From an uncultured candidate division Zixibacteria bacterium (GTDB taxonomy: Bacteria > Zixibacteria > MSB-5A5 > SM1-73): a stretch of 64,000 nt of DNA. The stretch is taken from assembly GCA_903908285.1 (NCBI GenBank), contig CAIVRH010000023.1:25052-89051 (forward strand), given 5' to 3'. The position numbers and the translations under genes are program-made. This document shows, one piece after another, positions 31,130-41,163 of the stretch. A model generated the notes under the pieces. That model did not search any database, had not been told where the DNA came from, and saw only the letters and a list, made by a program, of their open reading frames with translations. Each line of letters begins with the position of its first letter. The first letter of the stretch is position 1.

Positions 31130-31564
31130 ATGCTATTTGTGAGAGTCTGGGTTCATCTGATCTGGTCAACAAAGAATCGAGAGCCTATATTAACGAATGA
31201 GTTGAGGAAGCAAGTTATCACGCACATCAAAGAGAATGCAGGCAAGAAAGATATTTTCCTCGATTCAATCAATGGTGCTTCTGACCATGTCCATGTACTG
31301 ATCTCACTCAAAGCCGATCAGATGATTGCCAAAGTGACACAACTTCTCAAAGGAGAGTCATCTCATTGGGTAAATTCCGAAAAATCCATTCATAGTAAGT
31401 TTGAATGGCAAGATGAATATATTGCCATCTCTGTCAGTGAATCAAAGGTGGAGAAGGTTCGAGAGTATATCAAAAATCAAGAAGAACATCACCGGACGAA
31501 GACTTTCGCAGAGGAATACGAAGAGTTCTTGAATAGATGTGGATTTGCGATTCTATCCGGTTAG
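31130..31564 (+). mobile_element. tnpA: IS200/IS605-family Y1 transposase-like TnpA, REP-associated tyrosine transposase (RAYT)
   Basis: 144 aa with HuH motif (DHVHVLIS) and a conserved Tyr-containing C-terminal helix. No tnpB. Embedded between REP arrays, as RAYTs are. Confidence 0.7.
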
Positions 31565-31829
31565 GGGTTGAAACCCCTAAAAAATTATATTCTATACCCA
31601 CGAGCTAAAGCTCGTGGCAATTTACAAAATAGAGATTGTATTAGTCGGGCAATTGCCACGCCCTTCAGGTCGTGGAGAGGAGAATCCTAACATTTTTCTG
31701 GGCTTTAGCCCACAAGGTTATAAAGGGGTTGAAACCCCTTAAGATATTAGATTAGAAAACCACGAGCTAAAGCTCGTGGCAATTATAACAATTGAAAATG
31801 AAATTATAGCCACGACGTTTAGGTCGTGG
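31563..31829. repeat. REP/BIME-like array (right flank of RAYT)
   Basis: Same four hairpin types repeated: 31563-31578, 31597-31617, 31655-31674, 31700-31711, 31723-31740, 31760-31779, 31810-31829. Confidence 0.8.
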
Positions 31830-32014
31830 TGATGGAATAATCTGAAAAACCATGCTCTACTTCTGGGTCATTTTAATTTACCTTCTAATTTTGATCTGTG
31901 TGGGGGCGATCCGCTCCGGAGATGTAGAGACACTATTGGAGGCAAGATCATTCACAGCAGATGAAACGGATTAAGCAGATTGCATAACTGATATTTGGAA
32001 TAGTTGGTTCGACA

Positions 32015-33802
32015 TTGGGAATTTGCAATATGAGAAAAATCATAGTTCTATTAGTTATTTCACTTTTGGCTTTTTTATCGTTTTCTAACTGTGCGAGGAA
32101 AGATATGGAAGATCAAAATTTCAATGTTTTGGTAAACGAGTTTCTGGAAGGGTTTTATCAAGCCAGTCCGGTTTGGGCGACTTATGTGGGAGAACACAAA
32201 TACGACCATCTGCTGGATGACTGCTCCAAAGAAGCAATCCAGGAAGAGATCATCCGGCTCTCTTTGTTCAAGCAGAAGATGACTTACATCGATACCTTAA
32301 AACTTAATCCCACCAACCAAGTGGATTACCAGATCCTCCAAAATGCCATCAACGATCAATTGTTACAGGCAGAGGTTTTAAAGCCGTGGGAAAACAGTCC
32401 GGTGATGTACACTTATCTGATCGGCGGATCAATCAGCTCCTTGATCTCCCGCGATTTTGCCCCGCTGAAAGACAGATTAAGCAGTATATTGTCCAGACTT
32501 AAACGTCTACCCATTTTGGTCCAGCAAGCCAAGGACAATCTTAAGAATCCACCGGAGATTCAAACGAAGACCGCTATCAGGCAGAACCTGGGGAATATAA
32601 ATCTGATTAAAAACGATCTGGTCAAACTGCTGGAGCAGGCTCCGGAGATGAAAGATACTCTTTTAGAACCAATGGACCATGCAGTTAAAGTGCTGGAGAG
32701 TTTTCAAGCATACTTGGAGCAAGACCTGTTACCCCAGTCGACCGGTGATTTTAGATTAGGAAGAGAATTATTCGAGAAGAAGCTGAAATATACTTTGCAG
32801 TCTGATTTCTCTCCGGCAGAGATAGTAAGAAGAGCGGAGAGTGAGATGGTTGCCGTAAGAGAAAGAATGTTTGAACTGGCCCAACCCTTGCATGCTCAGA
32901 TGTTTCCCGGACATAGACACGGACAGGAAGGACAGCTTTTGGAAAATATGGTGATAAAGGAAGTATTGGATTCTATTGGCCTGGATCACCCCACCAAAGA
33001 TGAGCTTCTTGTGGTTTGCCGCCAAGACTTGAAAGAACAGGAGGATTTCGTAAAACAAAAAGACTTAATAGACCTAACCGGAATAAATGAGTTGGAGGTG
33101 GATTGGGAACCGGAATTTTCCCGGGGTATTGCCATTGCGGGTTTGGATTCTCCGGGACCTTTGGACAAAAATTTAAAATCCTTCTTCCGGGTTGCACCGA
33201 TACCAGAGGATTGGACCGAGGAACAGGTGGAATCTTACCTGCGGGAATACAACAGCTATATGCTCAAAGAGCTATGCATGCATGAAGCCATGCCGGGGCA
33301 TTACGTGCAGGGATTTTACGACAATAAGTTCCCTTCGCTTCTGAGAAGGATATTCGGCAGCGGCACGTTCGTGGAGGGCTGGGCGGTTTATGCCGAGAGG
33401 ATGATGATCAATGCCGGATATTTGAGTAGTGATCCCCGGATGGAGCTTACCCAGCTTAAGATGTATCTGCGGGCGATCATCAACGCCATTCTGGATAACA
33501 GAATCCATGCCGGTTATATGACCGAAGAAGAAGCGGTGAAGTTTATGATGGAGGAGGGGTTTCAGGAACAATCGGAGGCGGAAGGGAAATGGGTGCGGGC
33601 AGTTCTCACCTCCACCCAGTTATCCACCTATTTTGTGGGATTCCAGGAGATAATGGATTTAGAAAAAGCTTATCGCGAGAAAGTGGGGGACAAATTCTCC
33701 CAGAAGGAATTCAACCAGAAGCTCTTGAGTTATGGGGCGCCGCCAGTGGGGATTTTGAAAGAGATTATTTTAAACGGGAATTCTGGTTTAGAAAAGAGAT
33801 AG
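32015..33802 (+). CDS. DUF885-family lipoprotein (putative metallopeptidase)
   Basis: Signal peptide with lipobox (LSFSNC), MHEAMPGHYVQ (DUF885 HExxPGH signature), ~595 aa. Confidence 0.75.
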   Translation: MGICNMRKIIVLLVISLLAFLSFSNCARKDMEDQNFNVLVNEFLEGFYQASPVWATYVGEHKYDHLLDDCSKEAIQEEIIRLSLFKQKMTYIDTLKLNPTNQVDYQILQNAINDQLLQAEVLKPWENSPVMYTYLIGGSISSLISRDFAPLKDRLSSILSRLKRLPILVQQAKDNLKNPPEIQTKTAIRQNLGNINLIKNDLVKLLEQAPEMKDTLLEPMDHAVKVLESFQAYLEQDLLPQSTGDFRLGRELFEKKLKYTLQSDFSPAEIVRRAESEMVAVRERMFELAQPLHAQMFPGHRHGQEGQLLENMVIKEVLDSIGLDHPTKDELLVVCRQDLKEQEDFVKQKDLIDLTGINELEVDWEPEFSRGIAIAGLDSPGPLDKNLKSFFRVAPIPEDWTEEQVESYLREYNSYMLKELCMHEAMPGHYVQGFYDNKFPSLLRRIFGSGTFVEGWAVYAERMMINAGYLSSDPRMELTQLKMYLRAIINAILDNRIHAGYMTEEEAVKFMMEEGFQEQSEAEGKWVRAVLTSTQLSTYFVGFQEIMDLEKAYREKVGDKFSQKEFNQKLLSYGAPPVGILKEIILNGNSGLEKR

Positions 33803-33877
33803 CAATTTGCAGGGGTTTGATTCATCAAACCCCAGAATTATAGTAATAAAATGTGGAACAGCTTTCATCAGCTCGAC

Positions 33878-34783
33878 CTACGATTCAGGTTTGCTCTTCC
33901 ACCTGTCGTGCATCCATAACCACTGGTCGGGGTATTCCCGGATAATCGATTCCAATACATCAGTACATCTCTGGAGGGTGTCGGTTACATTCTTTTCCCG
34001 ATTGTCCGAAAAGACAAGCTCTACCGGTGGTTTAACAATTATCTTATATCTATTTTTTTCTATCCTCGCAATTGCCATAGGCACGATGGGAGAACCGGTT
34101 TTGTAAGCCAAAAGCACCGGACCGACCGGGGTACGGGCGGGTCTGCCAAAGAAATTGACGAATATCCCTCTAACCCGCGAGGAATCTTGATCGGCCAATA
34201 TCCCCAGAAATTCTCCCGATCTTAGGGCTTTGAGCAGGGGTTTGACTCCGGCGGAAGACGGGATATTTTTCAGACCGACACTTTCCCTGTTTTTCACCAA
34301 AAGCCGGTCCAACCGGGGATCGTATACTTCTCGCCCAATCACTGACAATCTATATCCTCTAAGAGAAAAATAAGCCGCCATCAGCTCAAAGTTGCTTAGG
34401 TGTCCGGTAAAGCCGATGGCTCCTTTTCCTACCCGGTAAGCTTGATCGAAATATTCCAATCCCTCAACTTCGGTTATTTTTTCCACATCCTCCCATTTCA
34501 TATTCTTCAGCCGAACCGCATCTGCCACGTTTTTTCCCAAATTCACAAAAACCTGACGGGCTATTACCTTTAGCTGCTTTTCACCGATTTCTTTGCTAAA
34601 AGCCAGATGTAAATTCTCTTTAGTTTTTCTTCTGGCGTCGGCAATCAGGAAATACGACAGCCTGCCCAGGAAGCCTCCCAATGCAATTGCGGAATTCCTT
34701 GGTAGAAAATTAAGAAGGGAAACAATGGCGGTGATGAACTGGAACAGAAACCAATGCTTAAGTCGTTTTCCTAATGGCTTCAT
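33878..34783 (-). CDS. lipid A biosynthesis (Kdo2-lipid IVA) lauroyl/myristoyl acyltransferase, LpxL/HtrB family
   Basis: N-terminal TM anchor, LPLAT H(x)4E motif (GHLSNFE), ~300 aa, Kdo-gene neighbourhood. Confidence 0.7.
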   Translation of the reverse strand: MKPLGKRLKHWFLFQFITAIVSLLNFLPRNSAIALGGFLGRLSYFLIADARRKTKENLHLAFSKEIGEKQLKVIARQVFVNLGKNVADAVRLKNMKWEDVEKITEVEGLEYFDQAYRVGKGAIGFTGHLSNFELMAAYFSLRGYRLSVIGREVYDPRLDRLLVKNRESVGLKNIPSSAGVKPLLKALRSGEFLGILADQDSSRVRGIFVNFFGRPARTPVGPVLLAYKTGSPIVPMAIARIEKNRYKIIVKPPVELVFSDNREKNVTDTLQRCTDVLESIIREYPDQWLWMHDRWKSKPES

Positions 34784-35022
34784 CTGGTAGGATGTAAAAT
34801 TTTAACTTTTGCAGATATTTGAAAAGGATGATGAAAAGTTCAAAATTCAAAAAGCAAGCAGACGCTTGCTCGTCTGAGCAAAATTGCAGTTTACAATTCA
34901 AAATTGAAGGATCAGTAAACTCTAGCTAATTTTTATTTTTGAATTGTAATTTTTAACTTTTCTCTTTGAATTTTGAATTTAGTTGTTGTTACCCTCACCT
35001 ATCAAGGGAGAGGGTGATCTCG

Positions 35023-35991
35023 CTACACTACCCCCGCCTTCAGAATGTCGTGTAGATGAATTATTCCGACCGGCTCTTTTTTTCCATTAGTAATGACCAA
35101 AGATGTGATGCTGTAGGATTCCATCAGATTCAAAGCTTTTACCGCTAGCTCATCTGCTTTGATGGTCTTGGGATTTTTGCTCATCACCTGTTTGGCTTTC
35201 AAAGAGAAGATGTCATCCGTTTTTTCTACCCATCTTCTCAAATCTCCATCGGTGAAGATTCCCACCAGCTCACCTTTTGGATTAACCACCGTAGTGGTTC
35301 CCATTCTTTTGGAGGTCATCTCCAGGATCACATCTTTCATCCCGGTCTCCTCGGATACTTTTGGTATCTCTTCTCCGGAATGCATGATGTCGGAAACCTT
35401 CAAAATCAGTTTCTTCCCCAACTGACCCCCGGGATGAAGCATGGCGAAATCCTCCGAGGAAAAATTCCGCTCCTCCAACAGGGTGATGGCTAAGGCGTCT
35501 CCCATCACCAAAGCGGCGGTGGTGCTGGAGGTGGGGACCAGATCGTAAGGACAGGCTTCCTCGTCCACCGATACGTCGATTATAACGTCGCTTTTTTCCG
35601 CCAGCGGAGATTTGGGGTTACCGGTGAGGGTGATGATGGGCACCCCGATTCTTTTGAAGAGAGGAATCAGCATATATACCTCGTCGGTTTCTCCGCTTTT
35701 GGAGATGGCAATCACTACATCCTGCTTCCGCACCATCCCCACATCCCCGTGGGTTCCCTCGGAAGGATGAAGGAAAAATGCAGGTGTGCCGGTGGAAGCC
35801 AATGTGGCGGCAATCTTGCGGGCGATTATGCCCGATTTGCCAATGCCGGTGACTATCACCCGGCCCTTGCATTTCAAGCACAGTTCCACCGCCTGGCTGA
35901 ACTGATCGTCTATCTTTTTCTCCAGACCGGCAACCGCTTTGGCTTCTTTGCGAATCACCTCTTTGGCTTTTTCTATCATAATTCTATCCAC
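35023..35991 (-). CDS. kdsD: arabinose-5-phosphate isomerase (SIS + tandem CBS)
   Basis: GRVIVTGIGKSGIIARKIAATLASTGTPAFFLHPSEGTHGD SIS motif, two C-terminal CBS domains. Confidence 0.9.
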   Translation of the reverse strand: MDRIMIEKAKEVIRKEAKAVAGLEKKIDDQFSQAVELCLKCKGRVIVTGIGKSGIIARKIAATLASTGTPAFFLHPSEGTHGDVGMVRKQDVVIAISKSGETDEVYMLIPLFKRIGVPIITLTGNPKSPLAEKSDVIIDVSVDEEACPYDLVPTSSTTAALVMGDALAITLLEERNFSSEDFAMLHPGGQLGKKLILKVSDIMHSGEEIPKVSEETGMKDVILEMTSKRMGTTTVVNPKGELVGIFTDGDLRRWVEKTDDIFSLKAKQVMSKNPKTIKADELAVKALNLMESYSITSLVITNGKKEPVGIIHLHDILKAGVV

Positions 35992-36554
35992 TCCAATGGA
36001 TCTTTCTTTTTAGCTTTTAAAATCAAATCCACCACTTCCCGCACCGCCCCTTCACCCCCTTTAACTTTTGTGATAAATTTGGCATGGCGTTTTACTAAGG
36101 GTTGAGCATTTCTGACGCAGATGGGAAATCCCACCTGCTTTAAAACCGGTATATCCGGCAGATCATCTCCCATATAGGCAATCTGGTCATCCTTTATATT
36201 TAACTTTTGTTTGATCTGATCGTATGCTTCCAACTTATTTGATTGTCCTAAATATATATGTTTTATTTTCAATTGAAAAGCCCGAAATTCTGTAGTTTTG
36301 GATGACCGTCCCGATATCAAAGCCACTTCTATTCCCGCCTGGTGTGCCAGCCAAATACCCATTCCATCTGCAATATTAAATTTCTTGGATTCCACGCCGT
36401 TATCGTCAATATACAAACCGTTGTCGGTTAGAACACCGTCTACATCCAAGATAAGCAATTTGATCTTCCGTGCCAGCTTTTCCATCTGCTCTTTTCTTTT
36501 TTCCATTTTGGCATTGTTTGTTGGGATGGGAATTGCATCCTCATATAAATACAT
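35976..36554 (-). CDS. kdsC: 3-deoxy-D-manno-octulosonate 8-phosphate phosphatase (HAD)
   Basis: LLILDVDGVLTDNGLYIDDNGVE HAD motif I, ~190 aa, between kdsD and kdsA. Confidence 0.85.
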   Translation of the reverse strand: MYLYEDAIPIPTNNAKMEKRKEQMEKLARKIKLLILDVDGVLTDNGLYIDDNGVESKKFNIADGMGIWLAHQAGIEVALISGRSSKTTEFRAFQLKIKHIYLGQSNKLEAYDQIKQKLNIKDDQIAYMGDDLPDIPVLKQVGFPICVRNAQPLVKRHAKFITKVKGGEGAVREVVDLILKAKKKDPLEWIEL

Positions 36555-36582
36555 CGGGCGACCATAAAGGTCGCCCCTACGT

Positions 36583-37410
36583 CTATTCCCTCTTTCTTAT
36601 CACTTCATCAATTCCCTTAACTTGTATGAGAAGCTCTTCCAGTTTGTCTAAGGGGAGCATACTATCCTTATCGCATAGAGCATTTCTCACATCCGGGTGG
36701 GTTTCCAAAAACAAAGCATCGCTGCCACAAGCCACAGCTGCGCGTGCCATGGGCATGATAAACTGGGGTGCACCCCCGGAATAGGTCCCTTGAGAACCGG
36801 GTAACTGCAAGCTGTGGGTGGCATCAAACACCACCGGATAGCCCAGATTCCGCATGATTAAAAGCGATCGCAGGTCAACTACTAAATTATGATAACCAAA
36901 AAAAGTACCCCGTTCGGTTAAAAGGATATTCTTATTTCCGGTTGATTCAGCTTTCTTAGCTATAGACAGCATATCCTCCGGCGCCATGAACTGTCCCTTT
37001 TTTATATTCACCGGTTTACCGGTTTTGGCGGCAGCCAAGATAAGATCCGTTTGCCTGCATAAAAATGCCGGAATTTGTAAAACATCCACTACCCGGGAGA
37101 CCGGATGAGCTTCATCCGGATGGTGAATATCGGTTAGAACGGGGACATCAAACTCCTTTTTGACTTTTTCCAAGATCCGCAATCCACGCTCCATGCCGGG
37201 TCCGGAATAGGAATCGATGTTCAACCGGTTGGCTTTGGAATATGAGCTTTTGAATATAAAAGGGATTTGGTGACGGGAAGTGATTTCCTTTATTCTTTCG
37301 CAGGTGGTCAAAACTAGGTCCTCCGATTCGATCACACAGGGACCTGCGATAAGAGCTAGTTTGTTTCCCCCGCCAATAATAAAATCGCCGATCTTAACTG
37401 AGGTTGCCAT
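36583..37410 (-). CDS. kdsA: 2-dehydro-3-deoxyphosphooctonate aldolase (Kdo8P synthase)
   Basis: KANRLNIDSYSGPG, NILLTERGTFFGY, ~275 aa. Confidence 0.9.
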   Translation of the reverse strand: MATSVKIGDFIIGGGNKLALIAGPCVIESEDLVLTTCERIKEITSRHQIPFIFKSSYSKANRLNIDSYSGPGMERGLRILEKVKKEFDVPVLTDIHHPDEAHPVSRVVDVLQIPAFLCRQTDLILAAAKTGKPVNIKKGQFMAPEDMLSIAKKAESTGNKNILLTERGTFFGYHNLVVDLRSLLIMRNLGYPVVFDATHSLQLPGSQGTYSGGAPQFIMPMARAAVACGSDALFLETHPDVRNALCDKDSMLPLDKLEELLIQVKGIDEVIRKRE

Positions 37411-37434
37411 AATGCTACCTTATTGAAGAATAGA

Positions 37435-39357
37435 TCAAATTTTGCCTGAATACTTTAACTGCTGTTTTGTAAAATCCAGAGGATAGGATATTTTCACATC
37501 CATAATTATCCCCTGGTTGTCTTTGACCAGTTCCACTTCCGGCATAACAAAAGCATAATGATCCGGGAGATCAATAGCTTCTGCCCTCTTTATTACCTGA
37601 TCTCTCCATTTTGTATTTATCTTGATGCCATATTTCTCCACCAACCTCTTACCTTCCTCGTAATCACCTTCCGCTTTAATTCTCATAATCAAAGACAGAA
37701 GTTCACCTATTCCCTGTCTCATCCTGCGGATGTCTTTAACCCTCAAATATACCTTTTCACCTTTCTCCATAACCTCAATGGCTCCGATCTTCTCCATGAG
37801 ATAGGAGACGATCATGTGCCGGGCAAGGGCGTGATCTTTTTCCAGTCGATCCCCGGTTTTTACAGCCCTTAACCGAAGCAGATCCGCCCGGGCATAATAA
37901 TTATATAACGCCTCCCCGCATTTTTCATCTATGCCGGCTATCTCCATCAATTTCTCATCGAAGATGTGCCACAAAGCCAGAAGATCCGCCCGGGCTTCCT
38001 CCAGGCTGGAATAAAATTCTCTTAAGTATTCGTGCGGGTCACGGGTGAGTTTTTCGCTTATCTTTCCGGAACCATGTCCCAAGATTTCGTGGAGGGTGGT
38101 CTGCAAGAGATCAGCTTTCTCCCCCCACTTCTCATCCAGCTCGATTTCCTCTTCCGAGAAAGCAAACTCCCGGGTGGCTTTCTCGGCTTGGAGTTGGTGA
38201 ATGATGGAGGATACATTGGTGAGAATGAAATTTTTACTTCCGAATTTTTCCCGGATATTCTGGGCATTGGGGAGGTTTATGCCCAAAGGGGGAATGGGTC
38301 CCTCGCCACCCACCCCTACCAGAACGGTCACCGCATTGGCCACCGGAGCGGTGATATTTTTCTTCTTAAATTTATCATCCCAGGGGGTTTTCTCTTCGAA
38401 ATATTCCGCCGAAAGAGCAATGTCTTTCATAACCTGATTGATCTTTTGGTCGATGAAACATACCATCCCCTCAAATCCCCCTTTGGTCCCCCGGGCGTCG
38501 TTGTAGGTTTCGATGAAACCGTTAATGGTCTCTACGGTGGGATCGTCTTTTACCCAGGCGATATTGTACTTTTCAAAATCCGCCGGATCACCGGTTTGGA
38601 AATACCGAATGAGATGCTCCAAAACCTTTTTCTGCCCGGGCTGAGCCACCAGGCTTGCCTTTTTCAAATGCTCGATCACCTGCTTCAAATCTTCAGCATA
38701 TAAGCCGGGCGGAATTTTCTCCGAACCGGCTCTATAAACCAATTCAGCTATCTTCCCGTCCTGTTTAACCACTTTCGAATTTAATGGATATTTCTCTTCG
38801 AAGTTTTCCAGGTCCTTTAAGGTTACTCCCTCGTAATAATTGTTGCCGCTGGCGGTAATAACATCCTCCCCGGGTTTGGGGGATTTGTTCGCCAGGATCG
38901 GCTCAAAATCCAGATCAAAGATGGTTCTCTTTAGTCCGGCTAGCATCCTCTCCAATTCAGATTCGTCTTTTACGTCCAGTTTTGCGCCGTTGATCAGAGC
39001 AATCCTTGCCGCTGATAGAATATCCGAATAGCTGAAGCCGGGAACGAGCTTCCGGTTATTCGTGCCGTAATTCCCGTTGAACACCCAGAAGAGTTTTAAG
39101 TAACTTACGATTTTCTTCAGGATATCATCAGCTATTCCCCGGGGATGGGTTACGATTTCCTCCAGCAGGTTACGGATAGCCAAACCGTGGCGGTGATTCT
39201 GGTCATAGGCGATATCGCGCCCTGCTACTGCAGCCTGACAGAGATAATAAGCTTTTATCTTTTCCTCCAGGCTCAGCTCTTCAAATCCGTCCGCATAAAG
39301 CTGCACTATGGCAACCTGTCCCGCTCTCTCCAGAAGATATTTTCTTTCCTTTGGCAC
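37435..39357 (-). CDS. dipeptidyl-peptidase III-like zinc metallopeptidase (M49)
   Basis: HEILGHGSG (the M49 HEXXGH motif) and SLEEARADL (second motif EExRAE), 640 aa. Confidence 0.7.
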   Translation of the reverse strand: MPKERKYLLERAGQVAIVQLYADGFEELSLEEKIKAYYLCQAAVAGRDIAYDQNHRHGLAIRNLLEEIVTHPRGIADDILKKIVSYLKLFWVFNGNYGTNNRKLVPGFSYSDILSAARIALINGAKLDVKDESELERMLAGLKRTIFDLDFEPILANKSPKPGEDVITASGNNYYEGVTLKDLENFEEKYPLNSKVVKQDGKIAELVYRAGSEKIPPGLYAEDLKQVIEHLKKASLVAQPGQKKVLEHLIRYFQTGDPADFEKYNIAWVKDDPTVETINGFIETYNDARGTKGGFEGMVCFIDQKINQVMKDIALSAEYFEEKTPWDDKFKKKNITAPVANAVTVLVGVGGEGPIPPLGINLPNAQNIREKFGSKNFILTNVSSIIHQLQAEKATREFAFSEEEIELDEKWGEKADLLQTTLHEILGHGSGKISEKLTRDPHEYLREFYSSLEEARADLLALWHIFDEKLMEIAGIDEKCGEALYNYYARADLLRLRAVKTGDRLEKDHALARHMIVSYLMEKIGAIEVMEKGEKVYLRVKDIRRMRQGIGELLSLIMRIKAEGDYEEGKRLVEKYGIKINTKWRDQVIKRAEAIDLPDHYAFVMPEVELVKDNQGIIMDVKISYPLDFTKQQLKYSGKI

Positions 39358-39642
39358 GATATTCTCCTTAAGTTTGCATCAATATAACAAAACAAGAAGC
39401 AAACACCAACAGTAATTTTGAGGTTTATAATTAAGACACAGAAAAGCGAATAAAATTGCATTACAAATGTTTCATATTATATTCCATTTGACCGATGTGA
39501 GGTGTAGTAAAGAAATAGAGAATTTGATAAAAGAAAATTGCAGGGTTGTTAACCTATTAGAATCGGATAGAACAAAATTAGGATTAGGATTTTTAAAAGA
39601 AGATTGACCTGATATCGATCAAAAGAGAAATTTTGGGAGGAT

Positions 39643-40377
39643 ATGTTGAATAGGATCCGGTTCATTCTTAAACGGGCTATCCTAATGATGGCTTTGATCT
39701 TCCCTTCGTTACCTGTGGCAGCAGATAGCGGGGGAGCGAAGATATTTATGCCTGAGACAGTCTGGGAGTTCGGCAGGATTCCCGAAGGGAGCTTGGTTTC
39801 ACACGTTTTTCCGATTAAAAACGTGAGCACCGACACCTTGAAGATCACGGAGGTCAAGACCAACTGCGGCTGTGCCAGAGCTCCTTTGAACAAATGGGTG
39901 ATTGCTCCCGGCGACAGCGCGGAGATGGAGTTTGTCTTTGCGGCAGGCAGATACGAGGGGGAAGAAGTCAAAAGCGCCAGCATCGCCTTCAACGACACTT
40001 CACTGGGTAAAGTCAAAATCTACGTAGGCGGAAAGCTGGTGATGAATCTTGCCCATGCCATGCCCGTCACCATTTCACCGTACCGAGTCGATTTCGGCAG
40101 TCCAGAGGAGGGGAACGATAATAAACGGAAACTCCAGATAAGAAATGTAAGCCCAGCGGAAATTACAGTAGATATTTTGGACTATCCCAAAGATTGGGTC
40201 GAATTGGATTATTCCCGGATGGCGATCAAATCCGGAGATATGCAGGAGTTGGAGATCACTCTTAAAGGAGATAAAAGGGGAACCGGATTCCATAAATCCA
40301 TCACTTTGGAAATAAACGGAGAAAAAGAGTTCCGGTTTACCATCCCCCTGCTTAAAAAGATACTGCCGAAACCGTAA
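39643..40377 (+). CDS. secreted protein with two DUF1573 domains
   Basis: Signal peptide, FPIKNVSTDTLKITEVKTNCGCA (DUF1573 CGC signature) and a second repeat (LQIRNVSPAEITV). Confidence 0.7.
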   Translation: MLNRIRFILKRAILMMALIFPSLPVAADSGGAKIFMPETVWEFGRIPEGSLVSHVFPIKNVSTDTLKITEVKTNCGCARAPLNKWVIAPGDSAEMEFVFAAGRYEGEEVKSASIAFNDTSLGKVKIYVGGKLVMNLAHAMPVTISPYRVDFGSPEEGNDNKRKLQIRNVSPAEITVDILDYPKDWVELDYSRMAIKSGDMQELEITLKGDKRGTGFHKSITLEINGEKEFRFTIPLLKKILPKP

Positions 40378-40472
40378 AAGATTCGGGGAGGCAATGACGG
40401 GATTCGGTTATGTTGGGCAAGTTAAACAAAATAAATTGCAAATCTATTATTTTGATGTATATTTAATTTGAC

Positions 40473-40569
40473 GGAAGTGGATAGGATCTGGTGGTCCTTG
40501 CGGACTTCAAATCCGTCGTCCCTCCGGTTCTCCGGGGGGAGGTGGGTTCGATTCCCACCCCTTCCGCCA
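40473..40569 (+). tRNA. selC: tRNA-Sec (selC), anticodon UCA
   Basis: Hand-folded: acceptor GGAAGUG(G), 6-bp D-stem AGGAUC/GGUCCU with 4-nt loop (the Sec hallmark), anticodon stem GCGGA/UCCGU with loop CUUCAAA (UCA), long extra arm CCCUCCGGuucuCCGGGGGAGG, T-arm GUGGGuucgauuCCCAC, CCA encoded; 97 nt. Confidence 0.8.
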
Positions 40570-40651
40570 AAATATTTGTATGTTTCACTAATAGTTGAGT
40601 GGGGTAACAGAAAATTAGGTAAACCAATCCTTTCTCGGAAAGGAGAGAAGG

Positions 40652-40864
40652 ATGACTACGCGAACTTTCGCCGCAGTTCTGCACAAAGAAGAAGACATGT
40701 ATGTAGCGGAATGCCCGGAAGTAGGAACGGTAAGCCAGGGTCATACCGTCGAGGAAGCGATAGCCAACCTCAAAGAGGCGACGGAACTTTACTTAGAGGA
40801 ATTTCCACAAACCAAGATTGGAAAGCCAATACTTACCACGTTCGAGGTGGTAGGAAATGCGTGA
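40652..40864 (+). CDS. hicB: HicB-family antitoxin (UPF0150, short form)
   Basis: 70 aa ending ...TTFEVVGNA, similar to HicB/UPF0150 N-terminal domain proteins. Stop overlaps the hicA start. Confidence 0.6.
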   Translation: MTTRTFAAVLHKEEDMYVAECPEVGTVSQGHTVEEAIANLKEATELYLEEFPQTKIGKPILTTFEVVGNA

Positions 40865-41085
40865 GTTAAGAAAAATATCCGGGGAAGAAGCCATCAAAAT
40901 TCTGCAAAAACTCGGGTTTCAATTGGCAAGACAGCGGGGCAGTCATGTGGTTTAAAAAAAGCTGGCAAAAGAAGGAGAGGTCGGTTGTGTGGTTCCTCTT
41001 CATCGCGAGTTAAAAATCGGTACACTCAAAGGAATTCTTAAACAAGCAAAAATCACCTCAGAGGAATTCACAAGTCATCTCTAGG
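40857..41085 (+). pseudogene. hicA: hicA toxin gene interrupted by a frameshift in an A7 homopolymer
   Basis: Frame 1 reads MRELRKISGEEAIKILQKLGFQLARQRGSHVV* (stop 40953-55). The -1 frame continues KKLAKEGEVGCVVPLHRELKIGTLKGILKQAKITSEEFTSHL*. Joined, this gives a canonical HicA (GSH...VPxH...GTLxxILKQA). The shift lies in the run aaaaaaa at 40954-40960. Confidence 0.65.
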
Positions 41086-41163
41086 CTGAATCAAGAGCTT
41101 TGGGTATACATGGAAATTTAGTTTTCTGCGACAAGTAATATGGATTCAAAAGAAAAAATCAGA

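Noticed and set aside
38032-38703. 223-aa + strand ORF inside the DPP-III gene
   Set aside because: Shadow ORF opposite a gene with clear HEXXGH/EEARAD motifs.
40463-40869. Track ORFs 40463..40744 (-) and 40468..40869 (+) around 40.5 kb
   Set aside because: They overlap a well-folding tRNA-Sec gene and the hicB gene. Their translations are Arg/Ser/Pro low-complexity.
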